Assembly: GCA_965208125.1 (NCBI GenBank)
Contig: OZ242320.1
Location: 1,056,001 to 1,120,000 of the forward strand
From: Candidatus Latescibacterota bacterium
Lineage (GTDB): Bacteria > Latescibacterota > UBA2968
Length of the DNA: 64,000 nt
Reading direction: 5' to 3'
Shown: in pieces, positions 1-8,577 of the stretch
Position numbering within the stretch: the stretch's first letter is position 1
How the letters are laid out: each line of letters begins with the position of its first letter
The notes under the pieces: model-generated
Databases searched by the model: none
What the model saw: the letters and a program-made list of their open reading frames with translations, nothing else
What the model was told of the DNA's origin: nothing
Made by a program: the position numbers and the translations under genes

Positions 1-465
1 CGGCTGCAACGAGATATAATGGGGCGGTTTGCAACCGGCGTAACCGTCGTCACCACGCGATACAAAAACGGCGACATAACAGGCATGACAGCCAACGCCG
101 TCATGTCTTTATCGCTGGACCCACCGCTCGTTGTGGTATCGGTCGATAAATCGGCGAACATGCACAGCGCCTTATCAGACGGACAGTGTTATGCAATCAA
201 CATCCTCACCCGGGAGCAGGAACATCTGTCCAACCGATTTGCCATACCGGGGCCAAAGGACTTTTCCGACCTGACATTGCGCGAAAGTAAAACAGGTGCG
301 CCGATATTGGAGGGAACACTGGGATATCTCGACTGCAAGATAGTGAGCATCTTGCCAGCAGGCGATCACGACATGTTTGTAGGAGAAATACTGGCGGGAG
401 AATTGGGAGAGGGGAATCCGTTGCTCTATTATGGAGGGAAGTATCGAAGTATGGCAGAAGAATAA
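1..465 (+). CDS. Flavin reductase family protein (5'-truncated by window edge)
   Basis: Frame is open from base 1 (RLQRDIMGRFATGVTVVT). Contains GMTANAVMSLSLDPPLV and GDH motifs of the flavin-reductase-like family. Confidence 0.9.
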   Translation, partial: RLQRDIMGRFATGVTVVTTRYKNGDITGMTANAVMSLSLDPPLVVVSVDKSANMHSALSDGQCYAINILTREQEHLSNRFAIPGPKDFSDLTLRESKTGAPILEGTLGYLDCKIVSILPAGDHDMFVGEILAGELGEGNPLLYYGGKYRSMAEE

Positions 466-467
466 AC

Positions 468-2183
468 TCAGGTATGAACATACATATCCAAAAACCGCTT
501 TTCGCCTTCCGAACTGCCAATAAGGAGAATCTCCGCCGCTCTTGGCAGAGGTTTATTGGGATCGGGATTGAGTTGCATTTCGTGGTTATCATTAAGTGCG
601 ATAATCGTGCATCCCGTATTCCTGCGAATAGCTGAATTTGCAATCGTTCTTCCAACAAGTGAAGAGGGTATCTTCATCCTGAACACGCTGATATCCTCGC
701 TAAACACGCTGAGGCTCTCTGCCACCATCAGGGTATCACTGCGTTTTAAGAAATTGAAAATCGCATCTGCGCCCATCGACGCATAAGACATGACAAAATC
801 CGCGCCCGCACGGTGCAGAGTCGCGATATTTCTCTCTTGCGTAACACGGCTGATAATCTGAATTTCCGGATTTAATCGCCGGCAATAAACCGTGAGATAA
901 ACATTGATATCATCGTCGTGCGTCGTAATAATAACCGTCAACGCATCCAGAATCTCGGCTCTTTTTAAAACCTCAAAATCCGCGGCATTGCCCACAATGC
1001 AATTATCGAGCCTCTGAGCCTGATCTGCATCTTTTTCCACAATCCGATAGTCGATACCCTGTTCGACAAGCGTGCGCGCGGCCTCCATGCCAACGCCACC
1101 ACCACCGATGATGACAACGGGAGCATTTGAAACTTTGTAGATACAGAACAACTCGTTAAATCTATCCAATTGACTCTGCGTCCCCGTCATAACCAGCACC
1201 GTGTGGGGACCAATACGGGTATCGGGCAATGCCGATTGAAAAATACCGCGTTCCCAAACGCCGACCGCCGTCAGACCCAGTTCTCTACGCAGGCCAATCT
1301 CCTCAAGCGTTTTACCCACAAGAGGCGTATGGGCCGCCGTGGTCTCGGCAATGAACAAATCGTCGTACTGACCAATCACATGCGCTGCGGTCTCCCCGCT
1401 CTGGGTGCGCCGCGCAAGAGATGCGCCCAGCATTTTTTCGAGTTGAAGAACATGGTCGCATCCCGCTAATTCGAGAATATCTACAGAATCGGGATCATCC
1501 ACCTTGGCGATAATCGGCACAGTGGGATTGAGATCGCGCACAGTAAATGCAATATGGGTATTAATCGGATCGGTATCTGTTGTCGCAACAAGAGCCGCTT
1601 GTTCAATCTGCATTTTTTTGTACGTTTCAGGATTGTCCAAATCCCCAACCACAACATTGATACCCTGATCGTAAAGTTGCTGTGCATGCGCCAAATCTGG
1701 CGTGATGAGATAATAGGAATACTGGTAGCGATCCAGCTTATTGATAAGCGCTTGTGCAATGGGGTCATAGTTGGTCAACAAAATATGGTCTCGCGTACTG
1801 CGGGGCAACTGACGCGGCGCGCGGGCTTCGGATTGGGCTTGAATCCACGGCGCGTAAAAAAACTGAATAAAAGTAAACGGCAGAACAATGAGCAAAAAAA
1901 TCATACCAGTCAGCAAAACAATCATAGAGAATAAACGCCCCAAATCCCCCTGGAAAGTAATATCGCCAAAACCCAATGTTGACATAACCGTAAGCGTCCA
2001 ATAAAAGCCCGTAAACCAGCTAAACTCCTGGCCCTCACTGAGCATAATCAGATGAAAAAGAACGCTGAAAACCGTAACAATCACAGAAAAGGCCAGCAAC
2101 AACTTGAACAAAGTTCCGAGATTTCGCCGAGTTGTGCGCCTTCGCAATAAAAAGGCGAATTGTGGGGTAAGACCCTTGATCAT
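468..2183 (-). CDS. Potassium channel protein (2-TM pore plus two TrkA-N/TrkA-C RCK modules)
   Basis: Pore/filter motif FYWTLTVMSTLGFGD between two hydrophobic helices, second Rossmann motif IIGGGGVG, TrkA-C-like segments. Confidence 0.9.
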   Translation of the reverse strand: MIKGLTPQFAFLLRRRTTRRNLGTLFKLLLAFSVIVTVFSVLFHLIMLSEGQEFSWFTGFYWTLTVMSTLGFGDITFQGDLGRLFSMIVLLTGMIFLLIVLPFTFIQFFYAPWIQAQSEARAPRQLPRSTRDHILLTNYDPIAQALINKLDRYQYSYYLITPDLAHAQQLYDQGINVVVGDLDNPETYKKMQIEQAALVATTDTDPINTHIAFTVRDLNPTVPIIAKVDDPDSVDILELAGCDHVLQLEKMLGASLARRTQSGETAAHVIGQYDDLFIAETTAAHTPLVGKTLEEIGLRRELGLTAVGVWERGIFQSALPDTRIGPHTVLVMTGTQSQLDRFNELFCIYKVSNAPVVIIGGGGVGMEAARTLVEQGIDYRIVEKDADQAQRLDNCIVGNAADFEVLKRAEILDALTVIITTHDDDINVYLTVYCRRLNPEIQIISRVTQERNIATLHRAGADFVMSYASMGADAIFNFLKRSDTLMVAESLSVFSEDISVFRMKIPSSLVGRTIANSAIRRNTGCTIIALNDNHEMQLNPDPNKPLPRAAEILLIGSSEGEKRFLDMYVHT

Positions 2184-2225
2184 ATCGGTTATTCCTCAAC
2201 AGGTAAACGGAGAATAGGGAACAAA

Positions 2226-2254
2226 AAGATAGAATATCACAACAGTTGTGTCAA
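2226..2254 (-). promoter_or_regulatory. Sigma70-type promoter for the K+ channel gene
   Basis: Minus strand TTGACA (2254-2249), 17 bp spacer, TATCTT (2231-2226). Confidence 0.6.
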
Positions 2255-2271
2255 ACAGGAAGGAGTTCGAA

Positions 2272-3702
2272 ATGTCATCCAGGTACAATATCCTGCTCAT
2301 AATCTCAGAAGACAATGGGCAGCATCTGGGTTGTTATGGCGACCCTTATGCACAAACGCCGCATATAGATAAACTCGCCTCTGAAGGCGTGCGATTTGAG
2401 AACATGTATGCGACGCAGGCCGTATGCAGCCCCGGGCGGGCGAGTATCCTGACCGGATTATATCCACACCAGAATGGTCAGTTCGGATTGGCAACCCACA
2501 AATACGCATTGTACGATGCATTTCCCAACATGCCCCGCCTGTTAAAAAACGAGGGATACAGAACCGGGCTGATCGGCAAATTGCACATCAACCCCGAAGA
2601 CGCCTTTCCCTACGACCTGCGGTGGAACCCCAAAAAATTTATCAGCTTTGCCAACCGCGACGTACGCAAAATGGCCGAAGTTGCCGGTGAATTTATGAAA
2701 TCATCCGACGAGCCGTTCTTTCTACAAATCAGTTTTCCCGACGCGCACCTGCCATTCCACCGCCAACAATTCGGCGTACCAGAACAACCACAGGAAGGCA
2801 AAGACGTCGAGACGCTCCCATTTGTCGGCATTGACACCCCTCGCCTCAGAGAGGAAACCGCAGACTATTACAACTGCATGTCCAGATTGGACACCGGCAT
2901 AGGACTGGTCTTAGAACAACTGAGAGCGCTGGACAAAGCCGAAAACACACTCGTAATTTTTACCACCGATCACGGTGCCCAGTTTTCCCGGGGAAAAACA
3001 TCGATCTACGAGGGCGGATTGCGCATACCGCTAATCGTGCGATGCCCTGGTATCGGTCTTGGAGGCCACACGCGCGACGAACTGGTATCGCAAATCGACA
3101 TTTTGCCAACAGTAACAGACATTTTGGGAATAGCGTGTCCCACAGGAGTGGCGGGCGCATCCTTTGCCCCCCTGTTAAAAGGACAAAAAATTAACTGGCG
3201 CACCCATCTATACGCTGAATGGGGAAGCGGTGGCGTCGTCACGTATTTCCCACAGCGCTCCGTGCGAGATGACCGATACAAACTCATCGCCAACCTGCTC
3301 CTGGGCCGCCCAAGCCCGAGCGCACTGGGATATTCGGACAAGAACCAAAAATGGACATCTGGCGCGACACAAGAAGAAATAGCCAGCGCAGATAAGCGCA
3401 TTAGGGCAGCTTATGAAGTCTATGAACAACCGCCCGAATACGAAGTCTATGACCTGCAAAACGACCCCTGGGAATTTGAAAACCTATCCCATAATCCGGC
3501 ATACCGCGACGTATTACAGGCATTAAAAAATCGCCTTGAAACCTGGCAAAAAGAAACCAACGACGCCCTGAGACACCCTGAAAACCTGCATCGCCTCACT
3601 CGAAAACACGACGAAATCCTGGAAAAATACTACGCAGAAAGCATATGGGGAAGCTCTCGCGATTACGAATGGGATTACACCGAATACCTCTACGACCATT
3701 AA
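2272..3702 (+). CDS. Formylglycine-dependent sulfatase (N-sulfoglucosamine sulfohydrolase-like)
   Basis: CSPGRASILTG motif, GYRTGLIGKLH, TTDHG, YDLQNDPWE. ATG 2272 follows AGGAG. Confidence 0.92.
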   Translation: MSSRYNILLIISEDNGQHLGCYGDPYAQTPHIDKLASEGVRFENMYATQAVCSPGRASILTGLYPHQNGQFGLATHKYALYDAFPNMPRLLKNEGYRTGLIGKLHINPEDAFPYDLRWNPKKFISFANRDVRKMAEVAGEFMKSSDEPFFLQISFPDAHLPFHRQQFGVPEQPQEGKDVETLPFVGIDTPRLREETADYYNCMSRLDTGIGLVLEQLRALDKAENTLVIFTTDHGAQFSRGKTSIYEGGLRIPLIVRCPGIGLGGHTRDELVSQIDILPTVTDILGIACPTGVAGASFAPLLKGQKINWRTHLYAEWGSGGVVTYFPQRSVRDDRYKLIANLLLGRPSPSALGYSDKNQKWTSGATQEEIASADKRIRAAYEVYEQPPEYEVYDLQNDPWEFENLSHNPAYRDVLQALKNRLETWQKETNDALRHPENLHRLTRKHDEILEKYYAESIWGSSRDYEWDYTEYLYDH

Positions 3703-3711
3703 GGAGAAAAT

Positions 3712-4962
3712 ATGGCAAAAACACACCTGACAATAGAAAACGAAAAATTTCTAATAAACAAGAAGGTGACCTACTCAGACATTGACGGGACGAATCCCGC
3801 TGCCCATGGCCTGCTCATGAACGCGCGATTTATCCAGGGCATATTTGACGACGCGATGGAACCCGACCGCTTTGCGCGATGGGGCCACGGCGAATGGGAT
3901 GCCATGGCCAATACCGAGCACCTCATTTCCGCACTGCCCGAATGGTATCGCTATGGACTGCGCGCATTCACAACTGGATTCCAGGGCGGAGGCCCGTGTT
4001 TCACAGTGCAAAACCACACCATCCAGAACAATCCCTTTGGCGAAGACGGCCTGAACCTCGACGCCGCCTATGCCGAGCGGATGGACAAACTGATCCGGGG
4101 AGCAGATGCGGTTGGAATGGTCGTCATCGTCAGCTTCTTTTACGGCTCGCAAACCCGCTGGATAGAAGATGAAAAAGCCATCCGCAACGCCGTAACAACC
4201 GCCTCGCGTTTTGTAAAAGAATATCCCAACGTCATCATCGAAGTCGCAAACGAAATGAATATTGGATCCTTTGCAAATCACCCCATCATTCAAGAACCCG
4301 AAGGAATGGTAACACTATTGGATCTCGCGCGAAAAGAATCGGGCGGCTTGCCCTGTGGGTGCAGTGGCGGGGGTGGATATCGCAACCGGAAAGTCGCCGA
4401 AGCCAGCGACGTCATACTCATACACGGAAACGGCTGCACGCGGCAGCGATATCACAACATGATACGAGAAGTGCAAAGCTGGAACCTGAACCACCCCATC
4501 GTGTGCAACGAAGATTCTCAGGCCATAGGACAACTCCAGGTCGCCTATAAAACGCAGACCTCGTGGGGATATTACAACAACATGACCAAACAAGAGCCAC
4601 CCGCCGACTGGAGAATCACCACCGGAGAAGACACCTTCTTTGCACACCGGATGGCAGAAGGCATAGGAATCGACACGGACCCGATTGATGACCAGTACTA
4701 CCTCCAGGGATTAGAACCCCATTGGGAATATCAGGGCCAGCGTTGGCTTCGACTCGCCAGCTTATATCCCGAAACAATCAGCTATGTCGATTTTTATCGG
4801 AATGGCAAATTCTACGACACCGCGTATGACGAACCCTTTTCCCTGCACTTTCAGACCAACTGGCGGCAAGGCGGCATCGACGTGCGAGACGATGACCGGG
4901 AATGGAAAGCCGTTATCCACCTCGGCGATGGGGAAGTGATTGAAAAGACGGTTCAATGTTAA
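3712..4962 (+). CDS. Putative clan-A glycoside-hydrolase-like TIM-barrel protein
   Basis: IEVANE (acid/base-like NE) and PIVCNED (nucleophile-like) motifs, RBS AGGAG, directly downstream of the sulfatase. Confidence 0.5.
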   Translation: MAKTHLTIENEKFLINKKVTYSDIDGTNPAAHGLLMNARFIQGIFDDAMEPDRFARWGHGEWDAMANTEHLISALPEWYRYGLRAFTTGFQGGGPCFTVQNHTIQNNPFGEDGLNLDAAYAERMDKLIRGADAVGMVVIVSFFYGSQTRWIEDEKAIRNAVTTASRFVKEYPNVIIEVANEMNIGSFANHPIIQEPEGMVTLLDLARKESGGLPCGCSGGGGYRNRKVAEASDVILIHGNGCTRQRYHNMIREVQSWNLNHPIVCNEDSQAIGQLQVAYKTQTSWGYYNNMTKQEPPADWRITTGEDTFFAHRMAEGIGIDTDPIDDQYYLQGLEPHWEYQGQRWLRLASLYPETISYVDFYRNGKFYDTAYDEPFSLHFQTNWRQGGIDVRDDDREWKAVIHLGDGEVIEKTVQC

Positions 4963-6158
4963 TCGCTCAAAAACTCATCCAGCGCATCTACCGCCTCATC
5001 AATATGTTCTTTCTCAATCACCAGCGGGGGTAAAAAGCGCACCACATCCGGCCCTGCGACACACACTAAAATATCATTATTTTCCCGAATCGCATTCATC
5101 GCATCCGCCGCTGGTATCTCCTTCAGCACCGCGCCCGCGATCAACCCGCTGCCGCGAATCTCCGTCACCTTCTCGGCGTGTTTGTCTTTCAGTCCATTCA
5201 ACTTCCCAAACAAATACGCACTCTTCTCCTGGATACCCGCAATAAATTCGGAATCAGATATCGTCTTAAACACCTCAATCGCCACCGCACACGACACGGG
5301 ATGCGCTCCAAATGTCGCGGCGTGATCCCCCGGCTCCACGGCATCGGCCACATCCTGCGTCACAAGCGTCGCCCCAATCGGCAGCCCACCAGCCAGTGGT
5401 TTGGCAAGCGTCATAATATCTGGCGTCACGCCATACTGCTCATAGCAAAACAGCGAACCAGCCCGCACCAAACCGCACTGAATCTCATCGTAAATCAACA
5501 ACATCTTCATCTCATCGCACAGGGCACGGACACCTTTCAAAAATTCCGGATCTGCTGAATGAATACCCCCTTCTGCCTGTAGCGGCTCCAACAGCACAGC
5601 CACCGTCTGACCATCTGCTATCTTCTCCACCGACTCCAAATCGTTCAAGTCGGCAAACTCAATACCCGGCAGCATCGGCCCAAAACCCTGGTGATATCTG
5701 GGCTGACCCGTTGCAGAAATCCCGCCATAGGTTCGCCCGTGAAAAGAATTATTCATCGCGATAATTTTATTCTTGGGCGCATCTTCAAAATTCCTGTACC
5801 CCCACTTGCGCGCAAACTTCAGCGCCGCCTCAATGGACTCTGTTCCGCTATTGCAAAAAAACACGCGATCCGCAAACGAATGCTCGCACAACAACTGCGC
5901 CAGCTGAGGTGCCGGAATAGTGTGATACAAATTTGAAACATGGATCAACTTGCCCAACTGCGCGTTGGCAGCCTCTTGAATCATCGAATTATTATATCCC
6001 AAAGCATTGACAGACAGGCCACTTACGAAATCGAGATAGTGCTTGCCGTCCGTATCCACAATATGGACCCCATCCCCCTTTTCCAGCACAAACTCGGGCC
6101 GTCCGTAAGTTTGCAAGATGTACTTCTGTTCTAAGTCAATAATTTCTCGAGTCGTCAT
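4959..6158 (-). CDS. argD: Acetylornithine aminotransferase
   Basis: Class III PLP aminotransferase motifs FCNSGTES, SFHGRT, DEIQCG, TLAKPLAGG, and arg operon context. Confidence 0.93.
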   Translation of the reverse strand: MTTREIIDLEQKYILQTYGRPEFVLEKGDGVHIVDTDGKHYLDFVSGLSVNALGYNNSMIQEAANAQLGKLIHVSNLYHTIPAPQLAQLLCEHSFADRVFFCNSGTESIEAALKFARKWGYRNFEDAPKNKIIAMNNSFHGRTYGGISATGQPRYHQGFGPMLPGIEFADLNDLESVEKIADGQTVAVLLEPLQAEGGIHSADPEFLKGVRALCDEMKMLLIYDEIQCGLVRAGSLFCYEQYGVTPDIMTLAKPLAGGLPIGATLVTQDVADAVEPGDHAATFGAHPVSCAVAIEVFKTISDSEFIAGIQEKSAYLFGKLNGLKDKHAEKVTEIRGSGLIAGAVLKEIPAADAMNAIRENNDILVCVAGPDVVRFLPPLVIEKEHIDEAVDALDEFLSD

Positions 6159-6181
6159 GCTAAATCCTTATAGTTAAAAAT

Positions 6182-7087
6182 TTACTGCACAATTTGCGTA
6201 CCAATACCCTCGCGGGTAAAAATCTCCAGCAAAAGCGCGTGCGGAACACTGCCGTCAATAATATGCGTCTTGTGAACACCGCCCTTCACAGAACGCTCAC
6301 AGGCCCGCAACTTGGGAATCATCCCCCCGCTGGCAATACCTCTCTCAATCAGCATCTCCACATCATTGACATGCAGTGTTGAAATCTGCGAATCCGGATC
6401 ATCTGGAAACCGTCGGATACCATTCACATCCGTCAAAAACACCAGCTTTTCCGCTTGCAGTGCCCGCGCAATCTCACCTGCTGCCGTATCGGCATTCACA
6501 TTATAACTCTCGCCCTCTGGCCCCAATCCAACAGGCGAAATAACGGGAATCATACCTTCTTCACAAGCCAGACGGACGGGTTCGGGATCAATTCGGGCGA
6601 CATCGCCAACATAGCCGATATCGACCTCTTTGGACTTCCCGTCTTCCTCCTCTACCGTCGCAAAATGCCGTGTCACATACATCACGCCAGCGTCTTTTGC
6701 CGACATGCCGCGCGCCCGTCCATCGAGTATCTCCAAACCATCGACAATGCGCCTGTTCACCTCGCCAAACAACGTATCTTCCACCACCTGCATCGACGCC
6801 TTATCGGTCACTCGCAAGCCATTGACCCATTCAGATTCAATACCTGATGCCTCCAGACGCCTGCTAATATCCTTCCCCCCACCGTGTACAACCACAGGAC
6901 GCATACCCACGGTCTCCATAAACACCAGATCGGCCATGATCGTAGGAGAACCGCCCTCTTCGGGCTGTGTGCTACCGCCGTATTTCACCACAATAATTTT
7001 GTCGCGAAATGCGCGAATATACGGAAATGCCTCAATTAAAATTTCAGCCTTTTCAATTATTTTTTGATCCAAGATTTTCTCCATCAC
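6182..7087 (-). CDS. argB: Acetylglutamate kinase
   Basis: VVKYGG, VVHGGG, GLRVTD, YNVNAD, GGMIPK, GIGT motifs. Confidence 0.96.
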   Translation of the reverse strand: MMEKILDQKIIEKAEILIEAFPYIRAFRDKIIVVKYGGSTQPEEGGSPTIMADLVFMETVGMRPVVVHGGGKDISRRLEASGIESEWVNGLRVTDKASMQVVEDTLFGEVNRRIVDGLEILDGRARGMSAKDAGVMYVTRHFATVEEEDGKSKEVDIGYVGDVARIDPEPVRLACEEGMIPVISPVGLGPEGESYNVNADTAAGEIARALQAEKLVFLTDVNGIRRFPDDPDSQISTLHVNDVEMLIERGIASGGMIPKLRACERSVKGGVHKTHIIDGSVPHALLLEIFTREGIGTQIVQ

Positions 7088-8016
7088 ATTTTGGTAATCC
7101 CATAAAGCCGCGGCAGAGCCTGCATCAAATTCATATTTTCCACAGCCTGGGTCGCTGCGCCTTTTTGCAAATTGTCTTCCAGAGCATTAACATAAGCAAA
7201 ACCGTCATCAACCCCCAGCTTAATGATCAAAGCGTGCGTCCCCACCACATCGCGCGTACCCCACCAATGCGCGTCGGAATCTTCAACCACCTGCACCAGA
7301 TCGTCAGCGCCATAAGCACTTGCAATCGCCTCGCGCAACTGCGCAGCGGCATCTTCATTTGCCACCGCCTTCAACTCATCAGCCAATTCAACTCGAATAT
7401 TTGCATTGATACCCGCAAACACCGACCGCAGCACAACAGGCGTAAAATTCACTTCAAAACCCGAATACAAAACCATTTCGGGCACATGTTTGTGTCCCTT
7501 GCCATAGCTATACGCAATCTCATTGGACACATCCTCCACCTCGGCTCGCGCACCCGAATTGCCCGAAGTCGCCACAATCGTCGCTTCCCCCTGCACGAGT
7601 GTTTTGAGGGGATACAAAGCCAAAATAACACTCGTGGGATAACAACCCGGATTGCCCACCAGATGCGCCATAGCAATCTCTTTGGCAAACAGAGCAGGCA
7701 TGCCATAAACCGCTTCCTTGAGCAACTCAGGCGCCGTATGCACCAGACCATAACCCCTTTCAAACGCCTCTCTCGGCAACCGAAAAGCACCGCTCATATC
7801 GATCACCTTCGCACCTGCGGCCAGTGCCTCGGGCGCAAACTTCATCGACTCGGGATCCTTCGTCGCCAAAAACACCACATCGCAATCGGCCAAATTGCCA
7901 TCCCGACGCCTTGAATTTTGTCGAAACGCGATACTTACCCGATCATGGTGTTTCAACACCTTTTGGATCTCCTGCCCCACCATCCCCGTATCGCCGTAAA
8001 TGCCTATTTTGATCAC
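7084..8016 (-). CDS. argC: N-acetyl-gamma-glutamyl-phosphate reductase (short form)
   Basis: GNPGCYPT catalytic motif, IDMSGAFR, DNLQKGAA. GTG start at 8016 just after the argR stop, with GGAAGG RBS. Confidence 0.92.
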   Translation of the reverse strand: MIKIGIYGDTGMVGQEIQKVLKHHDRVSIAFRQNSRRRDGNLADCDVVFLATKDPESMKFAPEALAAGAKVIDMSGAFRLPREAFERGYGLVHTAPELLKEAVYGMPALFAKEIAMAHLVGNPGCYPTSVILALYPLKTLVQGEATIVATSGNSGARAEVEDVSNEIAYSYGKGHKHVPEMVLYSGFEVNFTPVVLRSVFAGINANIRVELADELKAVANEDAAAQLREAIASAYGADDLVQVVEDSDAHWWGTRDVVGTHALIIKLGVDDGFAYVNALEDNLQKGAATQAVENMNLMQALPRLYGITKM

Positions 8017-8018
8017 CG

Positions 8019-8507
8019 TCAGGTCCTTCCTGTATTCCCTATTTGTCTCTGAATATCGCGCTCGAGATTCATCCGCGCTTCGGGAGACCGGCACAAAATA
8101 AAAATGGTATTCTCACCAGCAAGAGTACCCACAACCTCGGGCCATGACATCTGATCGATGGACTCACAAACCCCCTGCGCGTGACCCGTTATCGTCTTTA
8201 CAACCAGCATAAGGTCAACCCCATCCACACCCACGACAAAATCCTGCAATTCGCGCCGAAGCAAATTTTCGCCCTGTAAAACCAGCCGGTCTGTCCCGAT
8301 AAACACACCGGGAACCTGATAGCGAAACCCACCTTCGCCATCGGGCACTTTAACCACACCCAACTCCTTAATATCTTTTGACAGAGTCGATTGCGTGGTC
8401 GAAATCCCAACATCCTTCAACGCGGTGCTGAGTTCCTCTTGCCGAGCAATGGGCTGATGTGCAATCAGCTCTAAAATTTTTTGCTGGCGTTCTTGTTTCG
8501 CGCTCAT
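8019..8507 (-). CDS. argR: Arginine repressor
   Basis: Winged-HTH TQSTLSKDIKEL and C-terminal VKT..G.A / GTLAGENT motifs. Confidence 0.95.
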   Translation of the reverse strand: MSAKQERQQKILELIAHQPIARQEELSTALKDVGISTTQSTLSKDIKELGVVKVPDGEGGFRYQVPGVFIGTDRLVLQGENLLRRELQDFVVGVDGVDLMLVVKTITGHAQGVCESIDQMSWPEVVGTLAGENTIFILCRSPEARMNLERDIQRQIGNTGRT

Positions 8508-8543
8508 AGGACTATGAAAATACGTGAAAATACGCCTAAGTCA

Positions 8544-8577
8544 AGAATAAAAATTCATTTTTTTGAATTTTTATTCC
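8544..8577. promoter_or_regulatory. Tandem ARG boxes (ArgR operator) abutting a TTGACT -35 element
   Basis: AGAATAAAAATTCA-TTTTTT-TGAATTTTTATTCC. Each half resembles the TGAATWWWWATTCA ARG-box consensus. Minus-strand TTGACT at 8544-8539. Confidence 0.8.
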
